A stretch of 64,000 nt of DNA from an uncultured Colwellia sp. GTDB lineage: Bacteria; Pseudomonadota; Gammaproteobacteria; Enterobacterales; Alteromonadaceae. Made by a program: the position numbers and the translations under genes. This document shows positions 49,264 through 57,843 of this stretch, piece after piece. The notes under the pieces were generated by a model that saw nothing but the letters and a program-made list of their open reading frames with translations, searched no databases and was not told the origin of the DNA. Each line of letters starts with the position of its first letter. Position 1 is the first letter of the stretch. The DNA is taken from NCBI GenBank assembly GCA_913058405.1, contig CAJXRC010000002.1, forward strand, positions 2,932 to 66,931, in the 5' to 3' direction.

Positions 49264-49920
49264 TTATAGAGAACTTTGTAATTGCTCTTGTGAAGGATGT
49301 TCTATTTGTTGCCTAACATTCTCTAAATCAGACAAGGTATCAATATCAATTTTTGCTTCTTTACAGGTTATAGCATCGGTTTTTTTTGCATGCTGCAGTA
49401 ATAGTTTACCGGCACCTTTATCACCTTGTAGCTTCACTAGTAGCGGAAAGTATTTTTCTGGAAAAATGGCAGGCGCCATCAATTTTTCATCACACAAGGT
49501 GGCAATTATTTTATTAGGCTGTTCTTTGCTGGCACTGAGTAACTCTTGGTAATGCTCAGAGGTAATTAACGCTTGATCTGCTAAGGCAACTAATATGTGA
49601 GTACTCGTTGCTTTAATTGAGTGCACGGACTCTGCTAAAGTATGTCCCATGCCATCTGACCAATGCTGGCTTGCAATCACCGAAACACCTTGAGGTAAAA
49701 TTGCCTGTATAGCGTTTTTATTCGCGCCGAGAGTGACAAACAAATTATCAACATAGCCGTTTTTAAGCAGTGGTTGAAGTTTATCAACACTATGAGTAAT
49801 TAGCGGTTTACCCTGAATTTGAGCAAGTTGCTTAATGGTGGCACAACCTATCTTATTTGGTGAGGATGATTGAAAGCGCTGACCTTTTCCGGCCGCCAAT
49901 AGAATGATATTAACCTGCAT
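49264..49920 (-). CDS. MobA-like nucleotidyltransferase, probable molybdenum cofactor cytidylyltransferase (MocA-like)
   Basis: LLAAGKGQRF NTP-transferase motif, plus GMG, LADQ and GDKGA motifs. The start is set at MQVNIILL (49920), which overlaps the xdhC stop by 11 nt. Confidence 0.7.
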   Translation of the reverse strand: MQVNIILLAAGKGQRFQSSSPNKIGCATIKQLAQIQGKPLITHSVDKLQPLLKNGYVDNLFVTLGANKNAIQAILPQGVSVIASQHWSDGMGHTLAESVHSIKATSTHILVALADQALITSEHYQELLSASKEQPNKIIATLCDEKLMAPAIFPEKYFPLLVKLQGDKGAGKLLLQHAKKTDAITCKEAKIDIDTLSDLENVRQQIEHPSQEQLQSSL

Positions 49921-50941
49921 GGTTAACAACCTGTTTAATACTGTTAGAAAGTTGGCTTGGAAAATAGCCCAAAGATTTACCAGAAGCTTGCTCAATGCAA
50001 GCATGTGCTTGTGACATTATGGCTAGGGCAATTGATTCAGGTAGATCTCCGCCAAGGTCAAAACCAATGGGGTTGGCTAACTTGTTAGGTAAGTCTGTTG
50101 AGTTTAATTGTGCTTTTTCCAACACTTGCTCCGTACGGTGTTGTGGTCCTAATAACCCTAAATAGCTCGCGCCAGTTAAATTCTCTTGGCTTTTCACTAA
50201 CTGTAGGGCGTGTGCGTCGAGTGAAACATTATGGTGCATTATTACGATAGCGTCCGCTTTGGGTAAAAGCAAACTTTGCGCTAAGCTTGCGTAATCTTGG
50301 TTGATGACGAGATCAGCGTCTTTAAAATAAGCGGCTCTAGCATAGGACGTTCTGCAATCAATTAAACAAATAAACCAACCTAAAGTATGCGCTATTTTTA
50401 CCAGAGGTTGCGTATCCACACCACCACCAAATATAACTAAAGCAGGGGCAGGCTTAATCGCAATAAGAGATTCAAGTGAGTTATCAGCTTTTGATAGCAC
50501 TTGATTATTAATTCGAGAGCCAGCTTGTGCGTTGAAGGTATCAATATGATAAAAACAAGCATTACGGTTATCAAGTTGGCTTTTTAAGGTCAGTAAATCG
50601 AGGTAATTATTATCTTGGTTAATTGGCTGAACTATTACTTTCACTAAACCACCGCAACCTATGCCGAGTTGCCAGGCTATATCACTGTCATCCATCATAT
50701 CGTAACTGACAGTAATACTTGTGTTTCTTTGCCAGCATTTTTGCGCTTGGCGTATTAGATCAGCTTCAAGACAGCCACCACTTAGTAAGCCATAGCTCTT
50801 ACCTAAGCTATTGATAAGCATCATAGCACCCGATTTTCGATAAGAAGATCTTTGTGTTTCAATGATACTGGCAAGAGCCCATTGGCATGAGTCTTTCTTG
50901 GGAAACCAGCTAGCTAATAATGCGGCAAGGCGATTACTCAT
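49910..50941 (-). CDS. XdhC/CoxI-family molybdenum hydroxylase maturation factor
   Basis: 343 aa with the two-domain XdhC layout (SGGCLE N-terminal motif, Rossmann-like VIFGGG). First gene of the hydroxylase operon. Confidence 0.8.
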   Translation of the reverse strand: MSNRLAALLASWFPKKDSCQWALASIIETQRSSYRKSGAMMLINSLGKSYGLLSGGCLEADLIRQAQKCWQRNTSITVSYDMMDDSDIAWQLGIGCGGLVKVIVQPINQDNNYLDLLTLKSQLDNRNACFYHIDTFNAQAGSRINNQVLSKADNSLESLIAIKPAPALVIFGGGVDTQPLVKIAHTLGWFICLIDCRTSYARAAYFKDADLVINQDYASLAQSLLLPKADAIVIMHHNVSLDAHALQLVKSQENLTGASYLGLLGPQHRTEQVLEKAQLNSTDLPNKLANPIGFDLGGDLPESIALAIMSQAHACIEQASGKSLGYFPSQLSNSIKQVVNHAG

Positions 50942-51063
50942 TTATTGTTCGGTCATTTAAAAGCAGATTAAGGTAACCATAAATGAGAAAGTCGCCAAAT
51001 TAAACTATTGTTGGCAAATAAAATGTAAGTAATTAATTAACGTTTTTACTCAGCTCTCACGTG

Positions 51064-54000
51064 TTAGTCATTAAGGACAATTTTTGGCTGCCACTCTAAC
51101 CAGTCTTTATCAACAACTTGATGTAACATGAAGCTTGTCGGTAAGAGCATAGATTCATGTTCAGTTTCAGGAATTTTATCATTATTTTCATCAATGCTAG
51201 GCGTTGCAAAGGCAATACCACCAGCAATTAGAGTTTCTATCGATTCAGAGTCAATATTAATGCCAGAGAAAATACCTGCTTCTATCTTGATACCACTAGT
51301 ATTCCAGAACTGACTTTTTTCGTTAACAAGCGGTGCATAACGTTTGGCTATATTGATAAAAATGTTTACTTGGTCAGCCGTAGCAGATAAATCGATACCA
51401 ATGACTTTACCGACTTTAATTTGGCGATATAGCACAGGGTTACCTACGCGAACAGAACCAAGGCGTGATGCAGTCAATTTGATATTTAAGCCATAATTCA
51501 GTTGTTCAATGGTAGGAGCCAACTCAAGGGCTTCAAATTCATTCTTTAGTGTCGCTTTCACATTGTACGAGGGTAATAAAGCAATGAAAGCACCATCAAG
51601 TAAAGCGGTAACATTTTTCGACCCGACGAGCCCAATTTGAGGCTCAATTTTCCAAAACTTGGTTCCTTGACGAGCGAATTGGCTGCCTAAATCATTTAAT
51701 AGTACTAAAGCGGTAACGCCAACCTTGTCTTCAGTAAATATTAAACGCTCAATTGTACCCAAAGTTTGCTCTTGGTAAATAACCTTTGTATTGACCTTTA
51801 AACCGGAGATATCATTAAAATGGATGCTAATAGTCTGTCCGGCATCTTTGGCATGTTCTTCATGTTTAAATAGGGTGAAGTTAGACAGTTCTGCAACGTG
51901 GTTATTTTTTGATGATGCACTTGTTAGTGATACTTCTGGGTTATAAAAGCTAATGCCACCGCGTAAAATGGCATCAACTGATTCCGTTTTTACCACAAAA
52001 TCACTTAAACCGCCGGAAATAGTGACACCGCCAGCATTATAAAAACGACTCGTGCTTTGCAATAAATCTCGGTGTTCTTCGTCAATTGTTATGTTGACTT
52101 TAATCTCATCATCTATTTTATTCAGGCTAACATTGTCTACTTGACCAATCGTAATGCCACGATAGCTAATTGCACTACCAGGCGTTGCGACACTGGCATG
52201 TTCGGTTGTTAAAGAAAGCTGTAATCCGGGTGAACTTGCTAGTTTTACTGGCGGCTGGCTATACAAAGTGAACTGGTTTTTGGCTTCACCTTGGCCAAGA
52301 TTAAAGGTGATGTAGGCGCCACCGAATAAGGCATCGGTATCACTAGCACCAGAAATACTTAAGTTTGGCTTAACTAGGTAGAATTGTGTGTCAGCTTTTA
52401 ATATATGTCGATACTCAGGTAATAACCCGAGTTGTAGTTGCTGTTTATTACCCTGAATCTTGGTTTTATGAATAGCGCCAATTTCTACACCGCGATATAA
52501 AAGTCGCGTATCAGCACTTATTTGCTCGCCAGCTTTATAGTTCAGAGTAAAGCTTACATTTTGTTCGGCGAGTTTGTTATTAGCATAGAGTGAGAAACTA
52601 TCACCATTCTTAACCGATTTTTTTTGTGACTCTTGTTTATTATCTTGGCTAGTAAAAGCAATGCCGCCCGTTAAGATACTCTGTAATGACTGAGCTTGGA
52701 TATCAACGCCTAATAAACTGGCCGATATTTTAACGCCAGAATTATTGTAAAAACGGCTGCTGTTATTCACATAATGACTAAATTTTGGTTGTACATGAAT
52801 ATGAATTAAATGGCGTTCTGGCGCAGTTGTTTCAATGGCTTGTATATTACCAACGACTTGTTGCTTGTAATAAACATTGCTACCAACTTGTAATGAGCTT
52901 CGGTCATTACTGGTTAACATTAAGTGTAAACCTGGTTCTGTGTATTTATAAGGGGGTTTGTTACTAAACACAGTAAATTTATTACTGGGGTTTCCTGCTA
53001 AAGATGGCCTTATACTTAGATAATTTCCGGTTAACAATGTCTTAGCGTTTGATAAACCCGAAAGGCTGATTTGAGGTGCAACAATATAAAACTGGGATTG
53101 ATCTGTTAAATAAGGCACCACGCGAGGATTAACTTTTGCGATAGCGGTAATCTTTCGACTTACGGGGTCTATTTTACTAAATGACTCAATAACGCCTATG
53201 GTTAAGCCTTGAAATAAAATAGCTGCATTGTGATCTATGCCAGAGTTCCATTCTAACGTTAGTTCAACTTCATGACCCATTTCAGCCGATTGGAAGTCAG
53301 CATGTAAGGGAAAAGTTTGACCATTTTTAGCGGGCGCTAACTCTGTTTGATAACTTAAGTTATCAACCGATATTCCGCCAGCCATGATAGAGGCCAAAGA
53401 CTCTGTATTAACTTTTACACCACCAGAGAGAGAAGCAGTTACTTGTACGCCGCTGGTATTATAAAATAAGGAGTTTTCTTTTACTAAATGGGCGAATTCA
53501 GGTTTGATATAAATATTAATACCAATTTTTTTACTGCTTTCTTTATAGTGATAACCCGTAACATGGCCAATAGGGATTTGCTTGAAACTAATCGGGGAAT
53601 TTTCACTGATAGAGCCTAAAACATCGGTGTGCAAGGTAAGATGTAAGCCAGGCGTAGACATATCTAAGGTAGGGGCTTCAGTTAACGCGATAAAATGATC
53701 TTGGCTATCAGCCTTTTGATTGGTATCTGGCATAATTGTGATATAACTGCCCGAAATAAGGGTATCTAGTCCAGAAACACCTTGCAGTGAAATATCAGCA
53801 CTAACTAACCAAAAACGCGTGTTTTCAGTGAGATAATCAGTAAAATTCTTAGAAATCTCGACTTCGGCAATAACACGCTGTAAATCTTCAGAGGGCACTA
53901 CTTTTTTCACTAAGCCAGTGACTAAACCTTTATAACGAATTTCCGTTTTATTGGGAACTATGCCTGAGCCGTTATCAAATTCTATTGTGATAAAGGTCCC

Positions 54001-54153
54001 TTGTTCCGAAACTACTTTTACGGTGAGCCATAAGCCAAAAATTAAGGCAATAAAAGGCACAAACCAAATAATGGATATGCCTTGGCGGGGCACAACTTCC
54101 GCATGGATATTTTTATTATGCTCAGAGGCAGCATTATCTTTTTTATTAGTCAT
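51064..54153 (-). CDS. LetB/PqiB-family multi-MCE-domain intermembrane transport protein (eight MCE domains)
   Basis: N-terminal TM anchor, then eight tandem ~110-120 aa repeats. Each has a Y(K/R)G..(I/V)G.V-type core and an (F/W)(Y/W)..S/P...SG segment. Sits directly downstream of two PqiA-type genes. Confidence 0.85.
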   Translation of the reverse strand: MTNKKDNAASEHNKNIHAEVVPRQGISIIWFVPFIALIFGLWLTVKVVSEQGTFITIEFDNGSGIVPNKTEIRYKGLVTGLVKKVVPSEDLQRVIAEVEISKNFTDYLTENTRFWLVSADISLQGVSGLDTLISGSYITIMPDTNQKADSQDHFIALTEAPTLDMSTPGLHLTLHTDVLGSISENSPISFKQIPIGHVTGYHYKESSKKIGINIYIKPEFAHLVKENSLFYNTSGVQVTASLSGGVKVNTESLASIMAGGISVDNLSYQTELAPAKNGQTFPLHADFQSAEMGHEVELTLEWNSGIDHNAAILFQGLTIGVIESFSKIDPVSRKITAIAKVNPRVVPYLTDQSQFYIVAPQISLSGLSNAKTLLTGNYLSIRPSLAGNPSNKFTVFSNKPPYKYTEPGLHLMLTSNDRSSLQVGSNVYYKQQVVGNIQAIETTAPERHLIHIHVQPKFSHYVNNSSRFYNNSGVKISASLLGVDIQAQSLQSILTGGIAFTSQDNKQESQKKSVKNGDSFSLYANNKLAEQNVSFTLNYKAGEQISADTRLLYRGVEIGAIHKTKIQGNKQQLQLGLLPEYRHILKADTQFYLVKPNLSISGASDTDALFGGAYITFNLGQGEAKNQFTLYSQPPVKLASSPGLQLSLTTEHASVATPGSAISYRGITIGQVDNVSLNKIDDEIKVNITIDEEHRDLLQSTSRFYNAGGVTISGGLSDFVVKTESVDAILRGGISFYNPEVSLTSASSKNNHVAELSNFTLFKHEEHAKDAGQTISIHFNDISGLKVNTKVIYQEQTLGTIERLIFTEDKVGVTALVLLNDLGSQFARQGTKFWKIEPQIGLVGSKNVTALLDGAFIALLPSYNVKATLKNEFEALELAPTIEQLNYGLNIKLTASRLGSVRVGNPVLYRQIKVGKVIGIDLSATADQVNIFINIAKRYAPLVNEKSQFWNTSGIKIEAGIFSGINIDSESIETLIAGGIAFATPSIDENNDKIPETEHESMLLPTSFMLHQVVDKDWLEWQPKIVLND

Positions 54154-54155
54154 TT

Positions 54156-54875
54156 CTATCCCTTTTTTTCTGGTAAAGTGCCTGGTAGATCGTCTGGCGA
54201 ATCTATTGATAATAATGGCGTATGTCCTGCAGCTTTACTATCCGCTTTTTTATCCCATAACAAACGCGGATCAAAACTATTAGCAGCAAACATGGTAAAA
54301 ATTACCGTAATGGTAAAATAATTGATAGCAGGACCTGCGGCTACCGAGGTGACAAAGCCAAGTTCAACCACAGTAACCATTAACGCAACAACGAAGACAT
54401 CAAGCATTGACCAAGGACCTAATACCTCAAGCGCGTGGTAAAATTTACTATGTTTGTCTGGTTTTAAACGGATCCCTGTATGCGCTTTATAAACTAACAC
54501 AAATAAGCCGATAATTTTTAATAAAGGCACTATGATACTGGCAGTAAAGATAATCACAGCTATTGGGTATAAGCCATGGTCAATAAACTCGCCGATACCC
54601 GACAAAATGGTTGCCTCATCACCAATACCCAATTGATAAACGATCATTATTGGGTAAAGGTTAGCAGGAATAAAGGCTAATAAGGCCGCAAAATTCCACG
54701 CCAAAGTGTACTGTAAACTATTACGCTTACGTTGATAAAATTTGCCATTACAGCGGCTACAATGCTGAGGCTCTGTTTTTAAGTTATTAAGCTTATGGCA
54801 CTTAGGGCATAACGTTAGGTCAAGTTGTTTAGCTGTTCTCATCCTGTACCTCGTCTTTTGCAAAAGCTCTTTCAA
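54156..54875 (-). CDS. PqiA/LetA-family membrane protein, second half-size paralogue
   Basis: Zinc-ribbon CPKCH...CSRCNG followed by 4 TM segments. The start may be MRTAKQ at 54842. It overlaps the upstream paralogue. Confidence 0.8.
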   Translation of the reverse strand: MKELLQKTRYRMRTAKQLDLTLCPKCHKLNNLKTEPQHCSRCNGKFYQRKRNSLQYTLAWNFAALLAFIPANLYPIMIVYQLGIGDEATILSGIGEFIDHGLYPIAVIIFTASIIVPLLKIIGLFVLVYKAHTGIRLKPDKHSKFYHALEVLGPWSMLDVFVVALMVTVVELGFVTSVAAGPAINYFTITVIFTMFAANSFDPRLLWDKKADSKAAGHTPLLSIDSPDDLPGTLPEKKG

Positions 54876-55488
54876 GCTTGTCCCAGATGTAGTCTTGATC
54901 GAGTGCCACAGCGGACATAGTAGAACAAATTAACCAAAAAATAAAAGCCAATAAGCCAAGGTTAACTGATAGCTCAGTATCATCAATTAACTTATACATA
55001 GACACAACAATGCCCAACATAAAGACATTGAGCATAGCCCAGTTATCAAGATGATGATAAGCACGAAAGAAGTTTAATAAGGATGGTCTTAACTTGTTGA
55101 ATTTAAAACTATAGGAGATATACAGTGCACCCGCTAAACGGACGATTGGCACAGCAATAGCGAATAGAAAAACTAAACAGGCAATCATAAAAAAGCCGCG
55201 GTCAATCAACACTAAAATACAATCAAATAAAGAAGCTTGATGAAATTGACCAGCCAAGGTTACACCCATAATAGGCAATAAAATTGCGGGCAGCATTAGC
55301 ATCAAACCGGCAAGCGACCAATTGAAACTGCGTTCAATAGAATCGACTTTTCGCTCTATCAAGGTACTGCCACAACGATTGCACTTAGCAAGTTGACCTT
55401 GTTTTAATTGTGGTTTGTCATATAGCGCATCACATTGCTGACAAGCGACAAATAATGAGGTTTTATTATTGTTGTTCTTGTTGTCCAT
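54829..55488 (-). CDS. PqiA/LetA-family membrane protein, first half-size paralogue
   Basis: Zinc-ribbon CQQCD...CNRCGS followed by 4 TM segments. Confidence 0.8.
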   Translation of the reverse strand: MDNKNNNNKTSLFVACQQCDALYDKPQLKQGQLAKCNRCGSTLIERKVDSIERSFNWSLAGLMLMLPAILLPIMGVTLAGQFHQASLFDCILVLIDRGFFMIACLVFLFAIAVPIVRLAGALYISYSFKFNKLRPSLLNFFRAYHHLDNWAMLNVFMLGIVVSMYKLIDDTELSVNLGLLAFIFWLICSTMSAVALDQDYIWDKLERAFAKDEVQDENS

Positions 55489-55527
55489 TTTCTGCTAGTC
55501 ATCCATCCACTTACCAAAAGTACAATG

Positions 55528-55558
55528 AAAAAAAAGCAGCGATAAACGCTGCTTTTCT
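55528..55558 (-). terminator. Rho-independent terminator of the cytochrome c gene
   Basis: aagcagcg-ataaa-cgctgctt stem-loop, followed on the minus strand by an 8-T run. It lies ~35 nt after the stop. Confidence 0.85.
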
Positions 55559-55590
55559 AAAAACTTATTAATGAAGCAACCAAGCCATTA

Positions 55591-56547
55591 TTATTTTAAT
55601 GACGTGATGTATTGAGAAACAGCATCAATATCAGCATCTGATAATTTAATCGCGATATTACGCATAATACCACTGTTATCATTACCACGACTTCCATCAC
55701 GGAAGCTAGCAAGTTGCTTTTTCAAGTAATCTTGACTTTGACCAGTAAGGCTTGGGAAACCAGCTTGTTTCATACCTTTACCTGTTACGCCATGACAAGC
55801 AATACATGCTGTAATGCCTTTAGCTGCATCGCCGCCTAAGTATAACTTATGGCCCGCTACATTTGACTCACCAGTACCCGCTTTAGTATTTTGCACTGCA
55901 AAGTATGCAGCTAAGTCATCCATGTCTTCTTCAGAAAGACCTGCAACCATACCTGCCATTATTGGATCGTTACGATTACCTGATTTAAAATCAGCTAATT
56001 GCTTAGCAATATAGTTAGCACTTTGACCAGCAAGGCTTGGGTACGTAGGTACTAAGCTATTGCCGTCGGCGCCGTGACACGCTGCACATGCAGCTGATTT
56101 ATTTTGACCGGCTGCTACATTACCTCTGTAAATTGCTGCTGCTGGTGTTGAAGCAACGATTTCAACGTTTCCTGCTGCTGGAGCACTCGCTGGTGCTGCA
56201 TCAGTGCCTGTATCTGTACTTGATGAAGCTGCTGCTTGTTCATTTGCACTTGGTAAACCTGAAAAGTGAGCCGCTAAGTCAGCCATATCTGCATCAGATA
56301 AGTTAGCTGCCATAGGCGCCATCATGGCATCGGTACGCGCGCCAGATTTGAAATCTTTTAATTGTTTAATGATATAAGCGTCATTTTGTCCGGCAATGTT
56401 AGGGAACATAGGACTTCCACTAACACCTGTAGGACCATGACAAGCGCTACAAGCACCTGCTTTTTCTTTGCCTGCATTAGCATCTGCGGCTTGTACAGCA
56501 CTTACTGAACTTAAAGCTACAAATAGCGAAAAGATAATTTTTTTCAT
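55591..56547 (-). CDS. Periplasmic c4-type cytochrome with three haem-binding domains
   Basis: Signal peptide and three CxxCH motifs (CSACH, CAACH, CIACH). Each is followed by a c4-like (P)(N/S)(I/L)(A/T)GQ motif, a (F)(K/R)(S/D)G motif and a Met ligand region. An Ala/Ser-rich linker follows domain 1. Confidence 0.85.
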   Translation of the reverse strand: MKKIIFSLFVALSSVSAVQAADANAGKEKAGACSACHGPTGVSGSPMFPNIAGQNDAYIIKQLKDFKSGARTDAMMAPMAANLSDADMADLAAHFSGLPSANEQAAASSSTDTGTDAAPASAPAAGNVEIVASTPAAAIYRGNVAAGQNKSAACAACHGADGNSLVPTYPSLAGQSANYIAKQLADFKSGNRNDPIMAGMVAGLSEEDMDDLAAYFAVQNTKAGTGESNVAGHKLYLGGDAAKGITACIACHGVTGKGMKQAGFPSLTGQSQDYLKKQLASFRDGSRGNDNSGIMRNIAIKLSDADIDAVSQYITSLK

Positions 56548-56782
56548 TGAGTTGCTCTCTGCTTGTCAATAATTACGTAGCTATTTGAACAAAATATTAG
56601 CTATCTAATTAAGAAATGATAAAAAAAGTATGATGGTTGTCGGCATTTTACACGAATATTAGTCCTGTGTAATAGTGGATAAGCAAAAATTGAGCAAAAA
56701 AAACCATAAATTCACAGTTTTATGCATTTTTTTAATAATAAAAGTAAAAGAAAAACGCTATAATGGCGAAAATTTTAAACGA

Positions 56783-57466
56783 GTGAAGCCCTTGTCTTCT
56801 ACAAAGATACATTTAACTAAAGCCGCCTTTACCATAAGTGCCCCAGATATCCGCCGTTTACCAGCTGATTCTGGTATTGAAGTTGCTTTTGCAGGGCGCT
56901 CTAATGCAGGTAAATCAAGCGCTTTGAATACGCTAACCAATCAACGTGGTTTGGCGCGCATTAGTAAAACTCCAGGTCGAACTCAGCTTATCAATGTATT
57001 TGAAGTAGCAGAGAATCGACGTCTTATCGATTTACCCGGTTATGGTTTTGCTCAAGTGCCATTAGCAATGAAGAAAAAATGGCAAAAAGCGTTGGGTGAA
57101 TATTTAGAAAAACGCCAGTGTCTTAAAGGATTAGTGGTATTGATGGATATCCGTCATCCATTAAAAGACTTAGACATGGATTTAATACAGTGGGCTGCAG
57201 ATAGTGATTTGCCTGTTTTAGCTTTATTAACTAAGTGTGACAAGCTCTCGCAAGGTAAACGTAGTTCAGAAGTATTAGCGGTTAAAAAAGCATTATCATC
57301 ATTGAATGCTGATATTAAGGTTCAGGCTTTTTCATCACTTAAATATACGGGCAAAGAACAAGCTGATGCCATTATTTGTGAGTGGCTTGAACAAGAAGCA
57401 CAAGAATATGAATTACCTGACGAAAGTGATGTTGACGATGCGGATGAATCTTTTGAAGGTGAATAA
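56783..57466 (+). CDS. engB: Ribosome biogenesis GTPase EngB/YihA
   Basis: [17 protein letters not shown] (G1), DLPGYG (G3) and TKCDK (G4). Aligned by recall, the E. coli YihA N-terminus places the start near GTG 56783 or TTG 56792, not at ORF-track position 56675. Confidence 0.9.
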   Translation: MKPLSSTKIHLTKAAFTISAPDIRRLPADSGIEVAFAGRSNAGKSSALNTLTNQRGLARISKTPGRTQLINVFEVAENRRLIDLPGYGFAQVPLAMKKKWQKALGEYLEKRQCLKGLVVLMDIRHPLKDLDMDLIQWAADSDLPVLALLTKCDKLSQGKRSSEVLAVKKALSSLNADIKVQAFSSLKYTGKEQADAIICEWLEQEAQEYELPDESDVDDADESFEGE

Positions 57467-57510
57467 TCTCCTCATAAAGTGAGATTGACGTTAAGTTTGA
57501 ACATCACACT

Positions 57511-57774
57511 ATACCCAAACAACCTCAAGATGTAGGATTCAGCTGGCATTAGAAACGTCTTTAGGCAAGGTATTGATTGAAGAGAATGGTTATTCCCTTG
57601 TCGAAATCAATAACGATGGATAACACGTTTCTAAACCAGCCCTACGGGGACGACTGAGCAAATTAAATTCATTGTTGCGTAGGTAATTAAGGGAATGACC
57701 ATTAATAAAATACGCGTCTCGAATATGAATCGCTCAGCCGCCCTGAAACGGGCATCTTGAAGTTGCTTGGGTAT
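57511..57774. repeat. ~264-bp element bounded by 21-bp imperfect terminal inverted repeats with nested internal inverted repeats (MITE-like or structured RNA)
   Basis: tacccaaacaacctcaagatg (57512-57532) pairs with catcttgaagttgcttgggta (57753-57773), matching at 19 of 21 positions, and TA flanks both ends. Internal pairs are ttagaaacgt/acgtttctaa (57549-58 / 57625-34) and gaatggttattccctt/aagggaatgaccatt (57584-99 / 57689-703). Confidence 0.6.
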
Positions 57775-57782
57775 ATTACAAA

Positions 57783-57816
57783 AAGGAGAAAGCATTACGC
57801 TATTCTCCTTTTTTTG
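57783..57816. terminator. Rho-independent terminator (stronger on the + strand)
   Basis: aaggagaa-12 nt loop-ttctcctt followed by ttttt on the + strand. It lies 28 nt beyond the ABC gene stop on the minus strand. Confidence 0.75.
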
Positions 57817-57843
57817 TGTCTGCACACTAGGCAATAATTACAA

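Noticed and set aside
49172-49552. 126-aa plus-strand ORF spanning the iorA-like start and the mocA-like 3' end
   Set aside because: It is antisense to two supported genes and has no motifs.
54082-54321. Plus-strand ORFs (53951-54283, 54082-54321) across the PqiA/LetB junction
   Set aside because: They are antisense to two supported membrane-protein genes and are shadow ORFs.
56675-56782. Long N-terminal extension of EngB ([13 protein letters not shown]...)
   Set aside because: It is Lys-rich and low in complexity, and it lies in the AT-rich divergent promoter region. The conserved EngB N-terminus begins near 56783/56792.
57532-57760. Possible Spot 42 (spf) sRNA, given the engB neighbourhood
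   Set aside because: Only short matches are seen (GTAGG.T.CAG..GG; GAATAT..AGCCGCCC). They are ~190 nt apart, against ~65 nt in the sequence I recall. The orientation relative to engB is opposite to the E. coli arrangement, and there is no matching terminator hairpin. It needs a covariance-model search before any claim.
57631-57834. 67-aa minus-strand ORF in the engB/ABC spacer
   Set aside because: It lies across the inverted-repeat element and the terminator hairpin, and has no RBS or motifs. It is most likely non-coding.
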